In this document: in pieces, positions 44,192 through 52,870 of the stretch
Numbering within the stretch: the stretch's first letter is position 1
Layout of the letters: each line of letters starts with the position of its first letter
From: a virus
Virus record (IMG/VR): IMGVR_UViG_3300017929_000004
Coordinates: 5,566 to 69,565 of that record
Length of the DNA: 64,000 nt
Reading direction: 5' to 3' (one strand)
Notes under the pieces: model-generated
What the model saw: the letters and a program-made list of their open reading frames with translations, nothing else
Databases searched by the model: none
What the model was told of the DNA's origin: nothing
Translations under genes and position numbers: made by a program

Positions 44192-47100
44192 ATGTATTCA
44201 AAGTTAAGAATCTTTAGGTTAGCAATTATAGTTTTTCTCCTTGCCCTTTCTGGATCTCCTCTCTGCCAAGCGATGGAAGCTGTCCATGGTTTTTGCCAGG
44301 CTGGTGGCGTGACGATGACCGTCCCCGGCGGGCCGACGCTCTCGCCGAAAGGGATGGCCACCTATCCAGGATGCCTCGTAACGGTTTACATCACAGGCAG
44401 CAGCCCTTACACAACGGCGACCCTCTACAGGGACAACCTCGGGAACGGCCTGTCGAACCCCTTCCCGGCAAGTTCCACAACGGGAGCTTGGACTTTCTTC
44501 GCTCCCAATGGCCGGTACGATATCCGCATGAGCGGTGGCGGGATCCCGACGCCATTCACGTTGGGCGACAACATGGTGTTCGACCCGGGGAATACGGCTC
44601 CTGGACCTGACGCCTCGACGTATCCGGGCGCAGACCTTGGTGCCCAAGTCATTGCAGCGGCCGCTGGTTGCCCTGCCGCGGGCTGCACTGTCCACGCAGA
44701 AGGCATCACGACGAACTTGGCGATCAACTCAGCCCTCACCCTCGCGTCGCCAGGGGGTGGCCCTGTTAAGGTGGTTTTGCCGATAGGAACGATCACGCGC
44801 GCATGTGGGGCTTCCATTATCGTCGTCTCTGGCAGCGGGATACAGGGGCAGGGCAAGGACGTGACGAAAATCGTATCCACCGGCTGCACAGACAGCGCCG
44901 TGACTCAGGCTGCGCCCAAGACTGCCTATGTCACCAACCTGCTGTTCAGGGACCTCACGGTTGATAACAGTTCAAGCGGAACCAGCTTGACTGCGATGGC
45001 TTTTGACCTGCCGGGGGCGCAGAATGCCCTATGGTTCAACGTGGCAGGCCGAGCTTCTGGTATAGGACGGCGAATTGGCGGGCTCGCCACTGGGGGGAAT
45101 GACTCCTACAACGTCGCCTACGCCTCCGACTTCTGGGGCAATACCGCACTCCCCGGGAGTTACGGCGACGACATGGAGGGCTACGCCAACTCTAACCACA
45201 CCTTCGGCGGGAGCGTTTGGGGTTACACGGCAATCGGAAACGGCGGCTGGGGGAACTTCTACGACAGCACTGACATCGAATCCTCGAACACTCCGTTTGA
45301 TACTCAGTCGGCAATTGGAACTGGTGGCAACGGCCTGAACGTCGTCGGCGCATACACCGAAAATGGCGTGGGCACCGCCATCATCCGGGCAGGCTCGAAG
45401 GGGAACTACTGGACCGGAATGTTCCCGGCGCTACTCGTCTCAGACCTCGATGCCACCTGTCAGAATTTTTACCAGTTCATGGGCAGCAATGCTTCAGATG
45501 GCTTTAACCCGGAGTGCATGGGCGTTCAGGATAGAATCCAATTTGGGTCTGGGCCCTCTGGCTACAACGGCTCCTACTATATCCAGGGAGACCGAGGTGG
45601 GACCATCGCCTTGGAGGCAAAGTTTGACCAAGCCCTTAATCGCTTAGGCTACTACGGTGCTGCGCCCTTGCGCGTGGGCGAGTTAAGAGCACGCGGCATT
45701 CTCAGCTTGGGCCAGTTGCAGACCACCCAACTTGGCACGCCCAACACGCCTGCGGCTGTTTGTAGTGGGGATGCTGGAGCAACGACCTACACGTATTACC
45801 TTGTCGGCCATGACTGGCGCGGCGGAACCACGCTTCCGTCTGCTGCATCTTCTGCTTATGGCTGCAACGCGACCTTGGGCTCATTAGCTTCGACAACTTC
45901 TACTTACGCTGCTGGAAGCGGCTATCATGCCAACGATATCCTTACCGTGGCGGGTGGAAGCGGAACGGGCCAAGTTAAAGTTTTGACCATCAATGGTAGC
46001 GGGGGCATCCTCACCGTATCCATTCAGACGCCGGGAACCCTCTACGCCGATAACGTGGTTGAAACCCTGTCGGGTGGCTTCGGCTCGTCAGGCAGTGTTC
46101 TGGTGCGCTCCAACGTCGTCACCATCACGCCGTCGGCCAGCGACAGCGGCTTTTACACTTACGACTTCCTGAAAACGAACACCGCCACTGCCATCACGAG
46201 CCTTCTGGCTACCCGAGGGGTGCAAAAGGACAGCGGGCAGGCTACGGCAGCCTACGCAACTCCAACTTGGGATTCCACTGGCGACGCTATCATAGCGGGG
46301 AACCTCACAGTTTCGACGCTGACCTCGGGCAAATGCGTGCAGGCTGGCACGGGTGGTATTCTAACTTCGACGGCCGCAGCGTGCGGTTCTGGTGGAGGTG
46401 GAGGCGGCGGAAACGTCCTGAGTTCTGGGACTCCCACAAACGGGCAAATCGCGCAATGGACTAACTCGAACACCATTCAGGGAATCTCGACCCTGCCGGC
46501 TGCGGTGCTGCCCGTGCCCACAGCCTCGACGCTTGGCGGCATCGAGTCGATCGCGCAGGTTCCCAACAATTGGGTGCAATACATCGACACCTCGGGGGTT
46601 CCGTGGCTCGCGCAGCCAGCCTTCACGGATATCTCGGGGATTGCCGATGCCTCGCAATTACCGCTGGCCACGTTACCGATTGGAGTGGTACTGGGTTCCC
46701 TGGATACTGGCTTTCCCAGCTTGACCTATGGCGTGAACTCGATTACGGCAAATCAGCCCGTCACGGCGCCGGCGTTTGTTTCGAGCGACACGCATAACAC
46801 AAATCAGAGTTTTGTCTGGGGTGTAGGCGGAGCCTATGCCGTCGTCGCCTCGACGATTCAAGACCAAGCTCCGAGTTCTATCCAAGCTGCGGGGTACAAT
46901 GAAGTCCGACCTGGAAACGAGCCGACGGCTGCGTCACTTCTGATCTATGGGAATCCGACGGCGCACGTCACGACGAAGTCTTTTCTGCCAGGAGCTACGG
47001 CAGGCGACATCGCTTACTTTAACGGGTCCGCTTGGGCCAAGTTTGCAGGTAATACGGTTGGAACAAAGTACCTTTCGGAAACTGCGGCTGGCGTGCTTGG

Positions 47101-48112
47101 CTGGGGATCTGGTGGCGCAGGCGGCAGCCCTTCGCTGGACCTTGTTACTGGGGCAGCGGCCCTCGCCACCGCAACTGAGGTGGGGGCGGGCGACATCTAC
47201 ACATACAATGGTGTCGAGACAGCGGCACTGACTTATCCCTTTGTCATCCAGAACACCAGCGCATCAAACAATACTTCTGGTGCCCTGATTATCAACACCG
47301 CCGGCGCGGGAACCGGTCAAGTGCCTTTGGTCATCAACGAGACGACGGCGGCCGGCAACTTCTTGAATTTGGTAAAAGGGGGAACCGTCACCAATGGAGT
47401 TCTGGCGGGTGGGACAAGTGAATTCTCCGTTGACAAAAATGGAAATGTTACAGTGAACGGAGATACGACGCTTACCACTGGCAGTGTAAAGGGAAGCGTT
47501 TATGAGGGTTCTGCTTCTACGGTCGCCACCTATTTTATAGGCGGGCAGGATGCTTCTTCCACGGGCGGCATAACCACGGGAACCGCTCTTGTAAAGACTG
47601 GGAGCGAAACTGGCGCTACGGGAGCAAATGGCACAGGAGCGCTCACCCTGCACGCAGGCGACCTCACTACAAACAATGCCGGGGGCTCAGTCGGTGCGAC
47701 TGTCATTCGTGCCGGCCGGGAACTCGCTGGCGTGAAGACCGGGCCTCTGCCGGGGTTCCTGGTAATCGCCCAGGAGTTCATCAAGGGAGCCCAAAACACC
47801 GTGGGGCTACTTCAGTGCCTCAGCGATGACTACACCGTAACGGACTGCACGGTAGCCAATACCAACCCAATTGGGATAAACATCGGCGTGAACACTAACG
47901 CCGTTGACGTGCAGACATCGGGAATCGTGAGTGTGAACTTCGCATCCGCAACCCCGTCTGCGGGATGGTATGCGTGCTCGACGACAATCAGCGGCGCCTC
48001 GTACAACATCATTGTTCAGGCAGGCGCTTGCACCGCTGGCCAGCAAGTGGGCATCGTGGTGAAGGGTGGCGGCCCCGTCACCTCGACGAACATTATGATG
48101 CAGGTGAAATAA
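44192..48112 (+). CDS. Signal-peptide-bearing tailspike-like protein
   Basis: ATLYRDN..LSNPF..GAWTFFAPNGRYDI tailspike N-domain; GIQGQG beta-helix start; long Gly/Thr/Ala region. Confidence 0.75.
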   Translation: MYSKLRIFRLAIIVFLLALSGSPLCQAMEAVHGFCQAGGVTMTVPGGPTLSPKGMATYPGCLVTVYITGSSPYTTATLYRDNLGNGLSNPFPASSTTGAWTFFAPNGRYDIRMSGGGIPTPFTLGDNMVFDPGNTAPGPDASTYPGADLGAQVIAAAAGCPAAGCTVHAEGITTNLAINSALTLASPGGGPVKVVLPIGTITRACGASIIVVSGSGIQGQGKDVTKIVSTGCTDSAVTQAAPKTAYVTNLLFRDLTVDNSSSGTSLTAMAFDLPGAQNALWFNVAGRASGIGRRIGGLATGGNDSYNVAYASDFWGNTALPGSYGDDMEGYANSNHTFGGSVWGYTAIGNGGWGNFYDSTDIESSNTPFDTQSAIGTGGNGLNVVGAYTENGVGTAIIRAGSKGNYWTGMFPALLVSDLDATCQNFYQFMGSNASDGFNPECMGVQDRIQFGSGPSGYNGSYYIQGDRGGTIALEAKFDQALNRLGYYGAAPLRVGELRARGILSLGQLQTTQLGTPNTPAAVCSGDAGATTYTYYLVGHDWRGGTTLPSAASSAYGCNATLGSLASTTSTYAAGSGYHANDILTVAGGSGTGQVKVLTINGSGGILTVSIQTPGTLYADNVVETLSGGFGSSGSVLVRSNVVTITPSASDSGFYTYDFLKTNTATAITSLLATRGVQKDSGQATAAYATPTWDSTGDAIIAGNLTVSTLTSGKCVQAGTGGILTSTAAACGSGGGGGGGNVLSSGTPTNGQIAQWTNSNTIQGISTLPAAVLPVPTASTLGGIESIAQVPNNWVQYIDTSGVPWLAQPAFTDISGIADASQLPLATLPIGVVLGSLDTGFPSLTYGVNSITANQPVTAPAFVSSDTHNTNQSFVWGVGGAYAVVASTIQDQAPSSIQAAGYNEVRPGNEPTAASLLIYGNPTAHVTTKSFLPGATAGDIAYFNGSAWAKFAGNTVGTKYLSETAAGVLGWGSGGAGGSPSLDLVTGAAALATATEVGAGDIYTYNGVETAALTYPFVIQNTSASNNTSGALIINTAGAGTGQVPLVINETTAAGNFLNLVKGGTVTNGVLAGGTSEFSVDKNGNVTVNGDTTLTTGSVKGSVYEGSASTVATYFIGGQDASSTGGITTGTALVKTGSETGATGANGTGALTLHAGDLTTNNAGGSVGATVIRAGRELAGVKTGPLPGFLVIAQEFIKGAQNTVGLLQCLSDDYTVTDCTVANTNPIGINIGVNTNAVDVQTSGIVSVNFASATPSAGWYACSTTISGASYNIIVQAGACTAGQQVGIVVKGGGPVTSTNIMMQVK

Positions 48113-50271
48113 TGCGGAAGGCTTTTATCCTCGTCGCGTTGATTGCTTTCGCGCCAGCTTTGTGCGTCGCGGCGATCCACTGCGTCCGCGTTCCAGCCGA
48201 CTGCCCCTCACACCTGACCTACAATGGAGACGGCACGACCTGGAATTGTGCGATAAGCGCTGGAGGAAGTGGAGCCTTTCTGGACTTTCCTGCCAATCTG
48301 ATACGTGGGGACACCTACCTTGTGGGAGGATCTGCGACGAGCTATCCCAATCATTTATTCAACGATGCAGATTCCGGCACAAAGTACATCTATATTTACA
48401 AAGCCGTGGATTGCTCAACTCACTTGACTGCTACCTATTGCTCTGGAGGGAGCAACCCGCTCTATACAGGAAGTGATGGCCCTCAGAATATCACTGGATG
48501 GAGTTCCACCTTTGGTACTACTACGGCGGATTGGGTCGAACCGGCAGGACATGACCCCGGTAACACTTCCACAACGGTCTTGCAATTCTGCCCTGGAGAC
48601 TATTACGTGATGGATGGCATCACCGGATCGGCGCTGCCTGCATCCGGCCCGATTACAACTCCAACCGGCCAGGGATTCGTCGTAGGTTCGTACAGCACGG
48701 GCTCAAGGATCAAGTTTTGTAATAATAGCCAGGCTCAAACTGGCTTTATCTTTAATCACATCGACAGTGGAGGCACCGGACTTGCTCCCTATTGGCCTGC
48801 GGCAGTCACAGGATGTGTCTGGAACGGAACCACCGATACCATCACGACAGACAGCGACATCGGCGGCGACGGAACCCATGATAAAGTGGACGGATGGACA
48901 ACCGCGTCCGCTCAAATTTACTTTGGAGGGGGCACCAACCCAGGGATAGCCGCCACCTCGATTACTCCAACCACGGTCGTTATCACCCCTGCCTCCGATA
49001 AGTGCAGTGGGTTAGCCTACATCGCCTTGGATTTCTCTCCGCCCAGTTCGTTTTTTAATGGCGACAGCACGGGGTCGCTTACGAATCTCACCATCGAAAA
49101 CTCCTACCTGCATGACGGGAACGTTCTCATCTGGCTCCAAAATTCGTACAGCGCGAATTTTCTTCATAACTACATTGCCCGCAACCGTTCAACGCCCGCG
49201 CAGCACGGCTCGCCTATTGAGTTCACGAACTCCAGCGCCTCGGTAAGCTCTGGTCCCGCAACTATTGCCTATAATTTCCTGTCGGACAACGGAGGAACCG
49301 GCTGGATTACTTTACTGAATAAAGCAGGCTCGACCTTCAATGGGCTCGCCGTTTACAGCAACATCCTATCATGCTCGAGTGCTGCGCTTGGATTCCCGTC
49401 TGCAAGAGGAAGATGCAATAGTGCGATGGTCATTGATAACGGTTCAGTCTATGCCACTAATTCTGTATTCTACAACAACACGGTAGCGAATGTGAATGCG
49501 AAGGCGGGCTACTATGTGTATAGCAACGGGTCAACTGGCGGCATCGCCCAAAACAACCTGTTTTGGAATGCGAGCAGCTATGTTGCTTTGCAAAGCGGGG
49601 CAGGCCGTGGTATCGCCTACCATGATTACAACACCCTTCTGGACTCTGCTGAACAATATGGAACTCGGCCTTGCACGACACACGAAACCTGCATCACCTC
49701 TGGAGCGCTGGACCCGTTCGTCAATGATGCGACTTTTGACTTCACCCCAGCGAATGAGTTCAACGTGTTGAGTAATGGTGATCCTTGGTCGCAGGGGCAC
49801 ACGCTTGGCGCACCTTACGACAAGGACTTCTACGGGACCACGTTTGGCAGCACGGTGGGATACGCTCGCGGTGCTATAGAATTTCCACTCGGTGGCGGGC
49901 CAACATCCAACGCTACCCTAACCCCGACTTCGATGTCTTTCACTTCGCAGGCAGTTGGCGTCCTATCTTCGGCGAAGGTGGCGACCTTAACGAATATCGG
50001 CAGCGCAACCCTGAACATTGCAAACATTGGGGTATCAGGCTCTTTTAGCGTGTCTGCTACGACGTGTGGTTTGACGCTGGCCCCATTGGCGGCTTGCACG
50101 ATTTCCGTAAAGTTCACACCAGCAATTAAGGGTGAGTCGGACAGCGTGCTAACTGTTACCGATGATAGCGGAGGCATCCCCGGCAGCCAGCAGACAGCCG
50201 TACTCGTCGGCATCGGCGTTGCCTCAGTGATGGCAGGCGGAACATTCAAGGGTGGAGGGAGCCTTCAATAA
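48112..50271 (+). CDS. Signal-peptide-bearing beta-helix protein with a C-terminal ASH domain
   Basis: MRKAFILVALIAFAPALCVA; IENSYLHD, FYNNTVAN, QNNLFWN; TCGLTLAPLAACTISVKFTP. Confidence 0.75.
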   Translation: MRKAFILVALIAFAPALCVAAIHCVRVPADCPSHLTYNGDGTTWNCAISAGGSGAFLDFPANLIRGDTYLVGGSATSYPNHLFNDADSGTKYIYIYKAVDCSTHLTATYCSGGSNPLYTGSDGPQNITGWSSTFGTTTADWVEPAGHDPGNTSTTVLQFCPGDYYVMDGITGSALPASGPITTPTGQGFVVGSYSTGSRIKFCNNSQAQTGFIFNHIDSGGTGLAPYWPAAVTGCVWNGTTDTITTDSDIGGDGTHDKVDGWTTASAQIYFGGGTNPGIAATSITPTTVVITPASDKCSGLAYIALDFSPPSSFFNGDSTGSLTNLTIENSYLHDGNVLIWLQNSYSANFLHNYIARNRSTPAQHGSPIEFTNSSASVSSGPATIAYNFLSDNGGTGWITLLNKAGSTFNGLAVYSNILSCSSAALGFPSARGRCNSAMVIDNGSVYATNSVFYNNTVANVNAKAGYYVYSNGSTGGIAQNNLFWNASSYVALQSGAGRGIAYHDYNTLLDSAEQYGTRPCTTHETCITSGALDPFVNDATFDFTPANEFNVLSNGDPWSQGHTLGAPYDKDFYGTTFGSTVGYARGAIEFPLGGGPTSNATLTPTSMSFTSQAVGVLSSAKVATLTNIGSATLNIANIGVSGSFSVSATTCGLTLAPLAACTISVKFTPAIKGESDSVLTVTDDSGGIPGSQQTAVLVGIGVASVMAGGTFKGGGSLQ

Positions 50272-50798
50272 TGGCTGACCTTTCAAAAGCTGCGGCGTTC
50301 GTGCTCAACAACGAGGATGAAGGGCTGACTGGAAAAATTACAGTTGATTTGGGATCAACCACCCGCTGGGGCATTGCCGAGCGGTACAACCCACCGGAGG
50401 AAATCGCCCGGATTCTCAGCGAGCCGGTCGCCATTCAGGACTTGACGGTCGAGCAAGCTGCCACCATCTACGTAGCGAAGTACGGCAGGCCCTTCTTACT
50501 CGACCAAATTCTTGACCAGGACGTGGCGAACCGGTCGATGGACGTGCTGGTAAATCCGGGTCCCGGTGACGGCGCAAAGATCATCCAGCGTGCGGTGAAT
50601 CGGTATTACGGCCGGCCCGTGCTTGCGGAGGATGGAAGAATCGGGCCGCAGACGATCTCGCGGATCAACGGCATTCCGACGATGAATTTTCTGGCCTGCC
50701 TGCGTGCGCAACGGTGCGTGTATTATCTCGCGGATTGCCAGGTCCACCCGGACAGGTTGCCAGACTTGATCGGTTGGATGGATCGTGCGTGTCTATGA
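50271..50798 (+). CDS. GH108-family lysozyme (endolysin) with a peptidoglycan-binding domain
   Basis: E..EG..D.G.TTRWGI; D.LVNPG; IQRAV..DGRIGPQT; GWMDR. Confidence 0.85.
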   Translation: MADLSKAAAFVLNNEDEGLTGKITVDLGSTTRWGIAERYNPPEEIARILSEPVAIQDLTVEQAATIYVAKYGRPFLLDQILDQDVANRSMDVLVNPGPGDGAKIIQRAVNRYYGRPVLAEDGRIGPQTISRINGIPTMNFLACLRAQRCVYYLADCQVHPDRLPDLIGWMDRACL

Positions 50799-51222
50799 GG
50801 AGGCTATGGGACCCACTAAGGTTAAAGCACAAATTGATTGGACAAATATCATCATCCAAGCCTTGTTCCTTTTTGTTCCACTTTTTGGAACTGCCTTTGT
50901 CTGGGGTTGCCGAGAGCGGGATGCTCTACGGGACATTGAATCGTGGCAGGTAAAACAATTGCAGGAAGTTCAGACCATCAAAGACTCGATTCGCGAGAAT
51001 GGCAAGAAACAGGATTCCCTGCACGATACTCTCAAGGATTTGGTGAACGTCATGCGGCTCTATCCGCCGCACAAGCACTTGGGAGCCCGTATCGACTACC
51101 CCACAGAGATGCCTGCACCTCCTCCCGCGAGTAGCGAAGGGGCTGGAAGCGTGGTACTCAAGGAAAAGTCGGTAGGCGATCCCCAAGACTTCCGACCGGA
51201 TAAGGTGCCGACTGCGAAGTGA
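50785..51222 (+). CDS. Membrane protein with coiled coil (holin/lysis accessory candidate)
   Basis: One TM segment; follows the endolysin; start probably the ATG of MGPTKV. Confidence 0.55.
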   Translation: MRVYEEAMGPTKVKAQIDWTNIIIQALFLFVPLFGTAFVWGCRERDALRDIESWQVKQLQEVQTIKDSIRENGKKQDSLHDTLKDLVNVMRLYPPHKHLGARIDYPTEMPAPPPASSEGAGSVVLKEKSVGDPQDFRPDKVPTAK

Positions 51223-51244
51223 GCAAAGGTGGTAGAATTCATCC

Positions 51245-52000
51245 GTGCCTTACACGAATATCAGCTTCGCGAACTTGAAGACCCTTCTTAGGGCGAGGCT
51301 ACAGAACTCCCTGTTTTACACTGACATTGAGATAGCTGAGTTCTTGAATGAATGTTTTTCGCTCCTACAGATCGGGAGCCTGTATTGGAAATCGCGGTTC
51401 CAAGCGCAGTCTGTTGCGGGCCTTGTCTTTTATGACCTCTCAAGTTTGGCTGGAACTCTCGACGACAATGGAAATCCCCAAATCCTGATGCCGTTGCGCG
51501 TAGCGTTCAATCAATCTCCACTCGACTTCTGTGCGATAAGCGATCTTGACAATGGGGGAATCAGCAATTGGCAGACGCAAACCACGGCTACCGCCGGCGC
51601 TCCCGATGTTCCGCAGCTTTGGGGGACCGTTGGATTGAACTTCTTATATCTTTGGCCTTCCGATGCCGTTGGAGGGAACGACCTCCAGCTTGATTGCGCT
51701 GTACGTGCGCCGCACTTCGCGACGGACGGGTCTGACGACGCCCTCAAAGTCAACATCGAGTCGGGCATGATACCGGCGATGCTTGACTACTGCCAGCACA
51801 TCGCGCAGATTAAGCGAGGAGCGGGGCAGATAGCGGCCACGATGCCGAAACTCAAGAGCTTTTTCAGGCTTATCGCCCAGACGAACTCGATGTTCGCTGC
51901 TTCTTCAATTTTCAAGGAAAGCTACGCTCTCCAGACGGAGAGAAAGGCTCGCACACGGGGAGACATAACCGGCGTTCCTACCCCTGCGAGATTTCGGTAG
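51245..52000 (+). CDS. Putative tail adaptor/tubular protein
   Basis: SFANLKTLLRARL..FYTD.EI.EFLNE; LYLWP; extended -10 TGGTAGAAT 6 nt upstream. Confidence 0.7.
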   Translation: MPYTNISFANLKTLLRARLQNSLFYTDIEIAEFLNECFSLLQIGSLYWKSRFQAQSVAGLVFYDLSSLAGTLDDNGNPQILMPLRVAFNQSPLDFCAISDLDNGGISNWQTQTTATAGAPDVPQLWGTVGLNFLYLWPSDAVGGNDLQLDCAVRAPHFATDGSDDALKVNIESGMIPAMLDYCQHIAQIKRGAGQIAATMPKLKSFFRLIAQTNSMFAASSIFKESYALQTERKARTRGDITGVPTPARFR

Positions 52001-52013
52001 TGCAGGACTGCAC
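52000..52013. repeat. Palindrome GTGCAG-NN-CTGCAC copy
   Basis: TAGTGCAGGACTGCACTG between a stop and an AAGGAG RBS. Confidence 0.9.
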
Positions 52014-52028
52014 TGAAAGGAGATGGTT

Positions 52029-52130
52029 ATGCAATTCAAAGCAATAGGTGGAAAGGCTCGACGCAAACAGAAGCGTATCAGGGGTAAGAAACTCAAAAGA
52101 TTGCCGAATCAACGCAGAGGTGGAAGGTGA
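52029..52130 (+). CDS. 33-aa basic peptide MQFKAIGGKARRKQKRIRGKKLKRLPNQRRGGR
   Basis: AAGGAG RBS; GTGA overlap with the next gene. Confidence 0.55.
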   Translation: MQFKAIGGKARRKQKRIRGKKLKRLPNQRRGGR

Positions 52131-52870
52131 CGACGCCAGGGCAGCCTCCCACCTACCCCACGACTAGCGATTTCGCTCTCCTGCAACGAGCGCAAGATTT
52201 TCTTCTCGAACCTCGGTCGGCGGTTGCTCCCATCACCATTGCGAGCACCATGTGGTCAGTGCAAACTTTGGTCGATATGCTCAATTACAAATGCAAAAGG
52301 TTCCTTCGGGAAACCGGTTTAGTTGTGGCGAGGCTAGGGTATGACGGGATAGGAAGCGACCACTCTATTGCCCTGACGCCGGGGCTTGAGTCGGTGACGC
52401 TCCCTCAAAATCTTGTCGATCCGCTCCGGCTTGCCTTCGTCAACTACGACACCTCGGTTAATCGTAATGTCGTATCGGTCCAAGACGTTCCGCGCGAGGA
52501 CTTCCTGAGCCTCGACGCTGGAGATCAGGACTGGGAGAGTACGCCAGCGCCCCAGCCGACGGGCTATACGCAGTCGATTACGCAAACCTTGGAAGCGTTC
52601 CTCGCGCATCCGCCCAGCGACATAGCGGCGATCGACCTGACGTTCGTTGCGTTCAGCGGGACGCTGACCGGGCTCGGCGTGGCATTGGGGATTCCGCCAG
52701 AGTTCGTTCAGTACCCACTCTACGGGATGTTGCAGGACGCTTACAGTGTCGAAGGGGAAGCGTACAACCAAGCGCTCTCAGACTATTGCGGGCTCAGGTG
52801 GTCGGAAGGCGTAATGCTTGCAAAGTGTCTACTTGAGGCCCCGTCGTTCCAGGACCCGGAGGCAGTCTGA
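52127..52870 (+). CDS. Putative tail adaptor protein
   Basis: Adaptor-like layout similar to 51245-52000. Confidence 0.65.
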   Translation: MTTPGQPPTYPTTSDFALLQRAQDFLLEPRSAVAPITIASTMWSVQTLVDMLNYKCKRFLRETGLVVARLGYDGIGSDHSIALTPGLESVTLPQNLVDPLRLAFVNYDTSVNRNVVSVQDVPREDFLSLDAGDQDWESTPAPQPTGYTQSITQTLEAFLAHPPSDIAAIDLTFVAFSGTLTGLGVALGIPPEFVQYPLYGMLQDAYSVEGEAYNQALSDYCGLRWSEGVMLAKCLLEAPSFQDPEAV

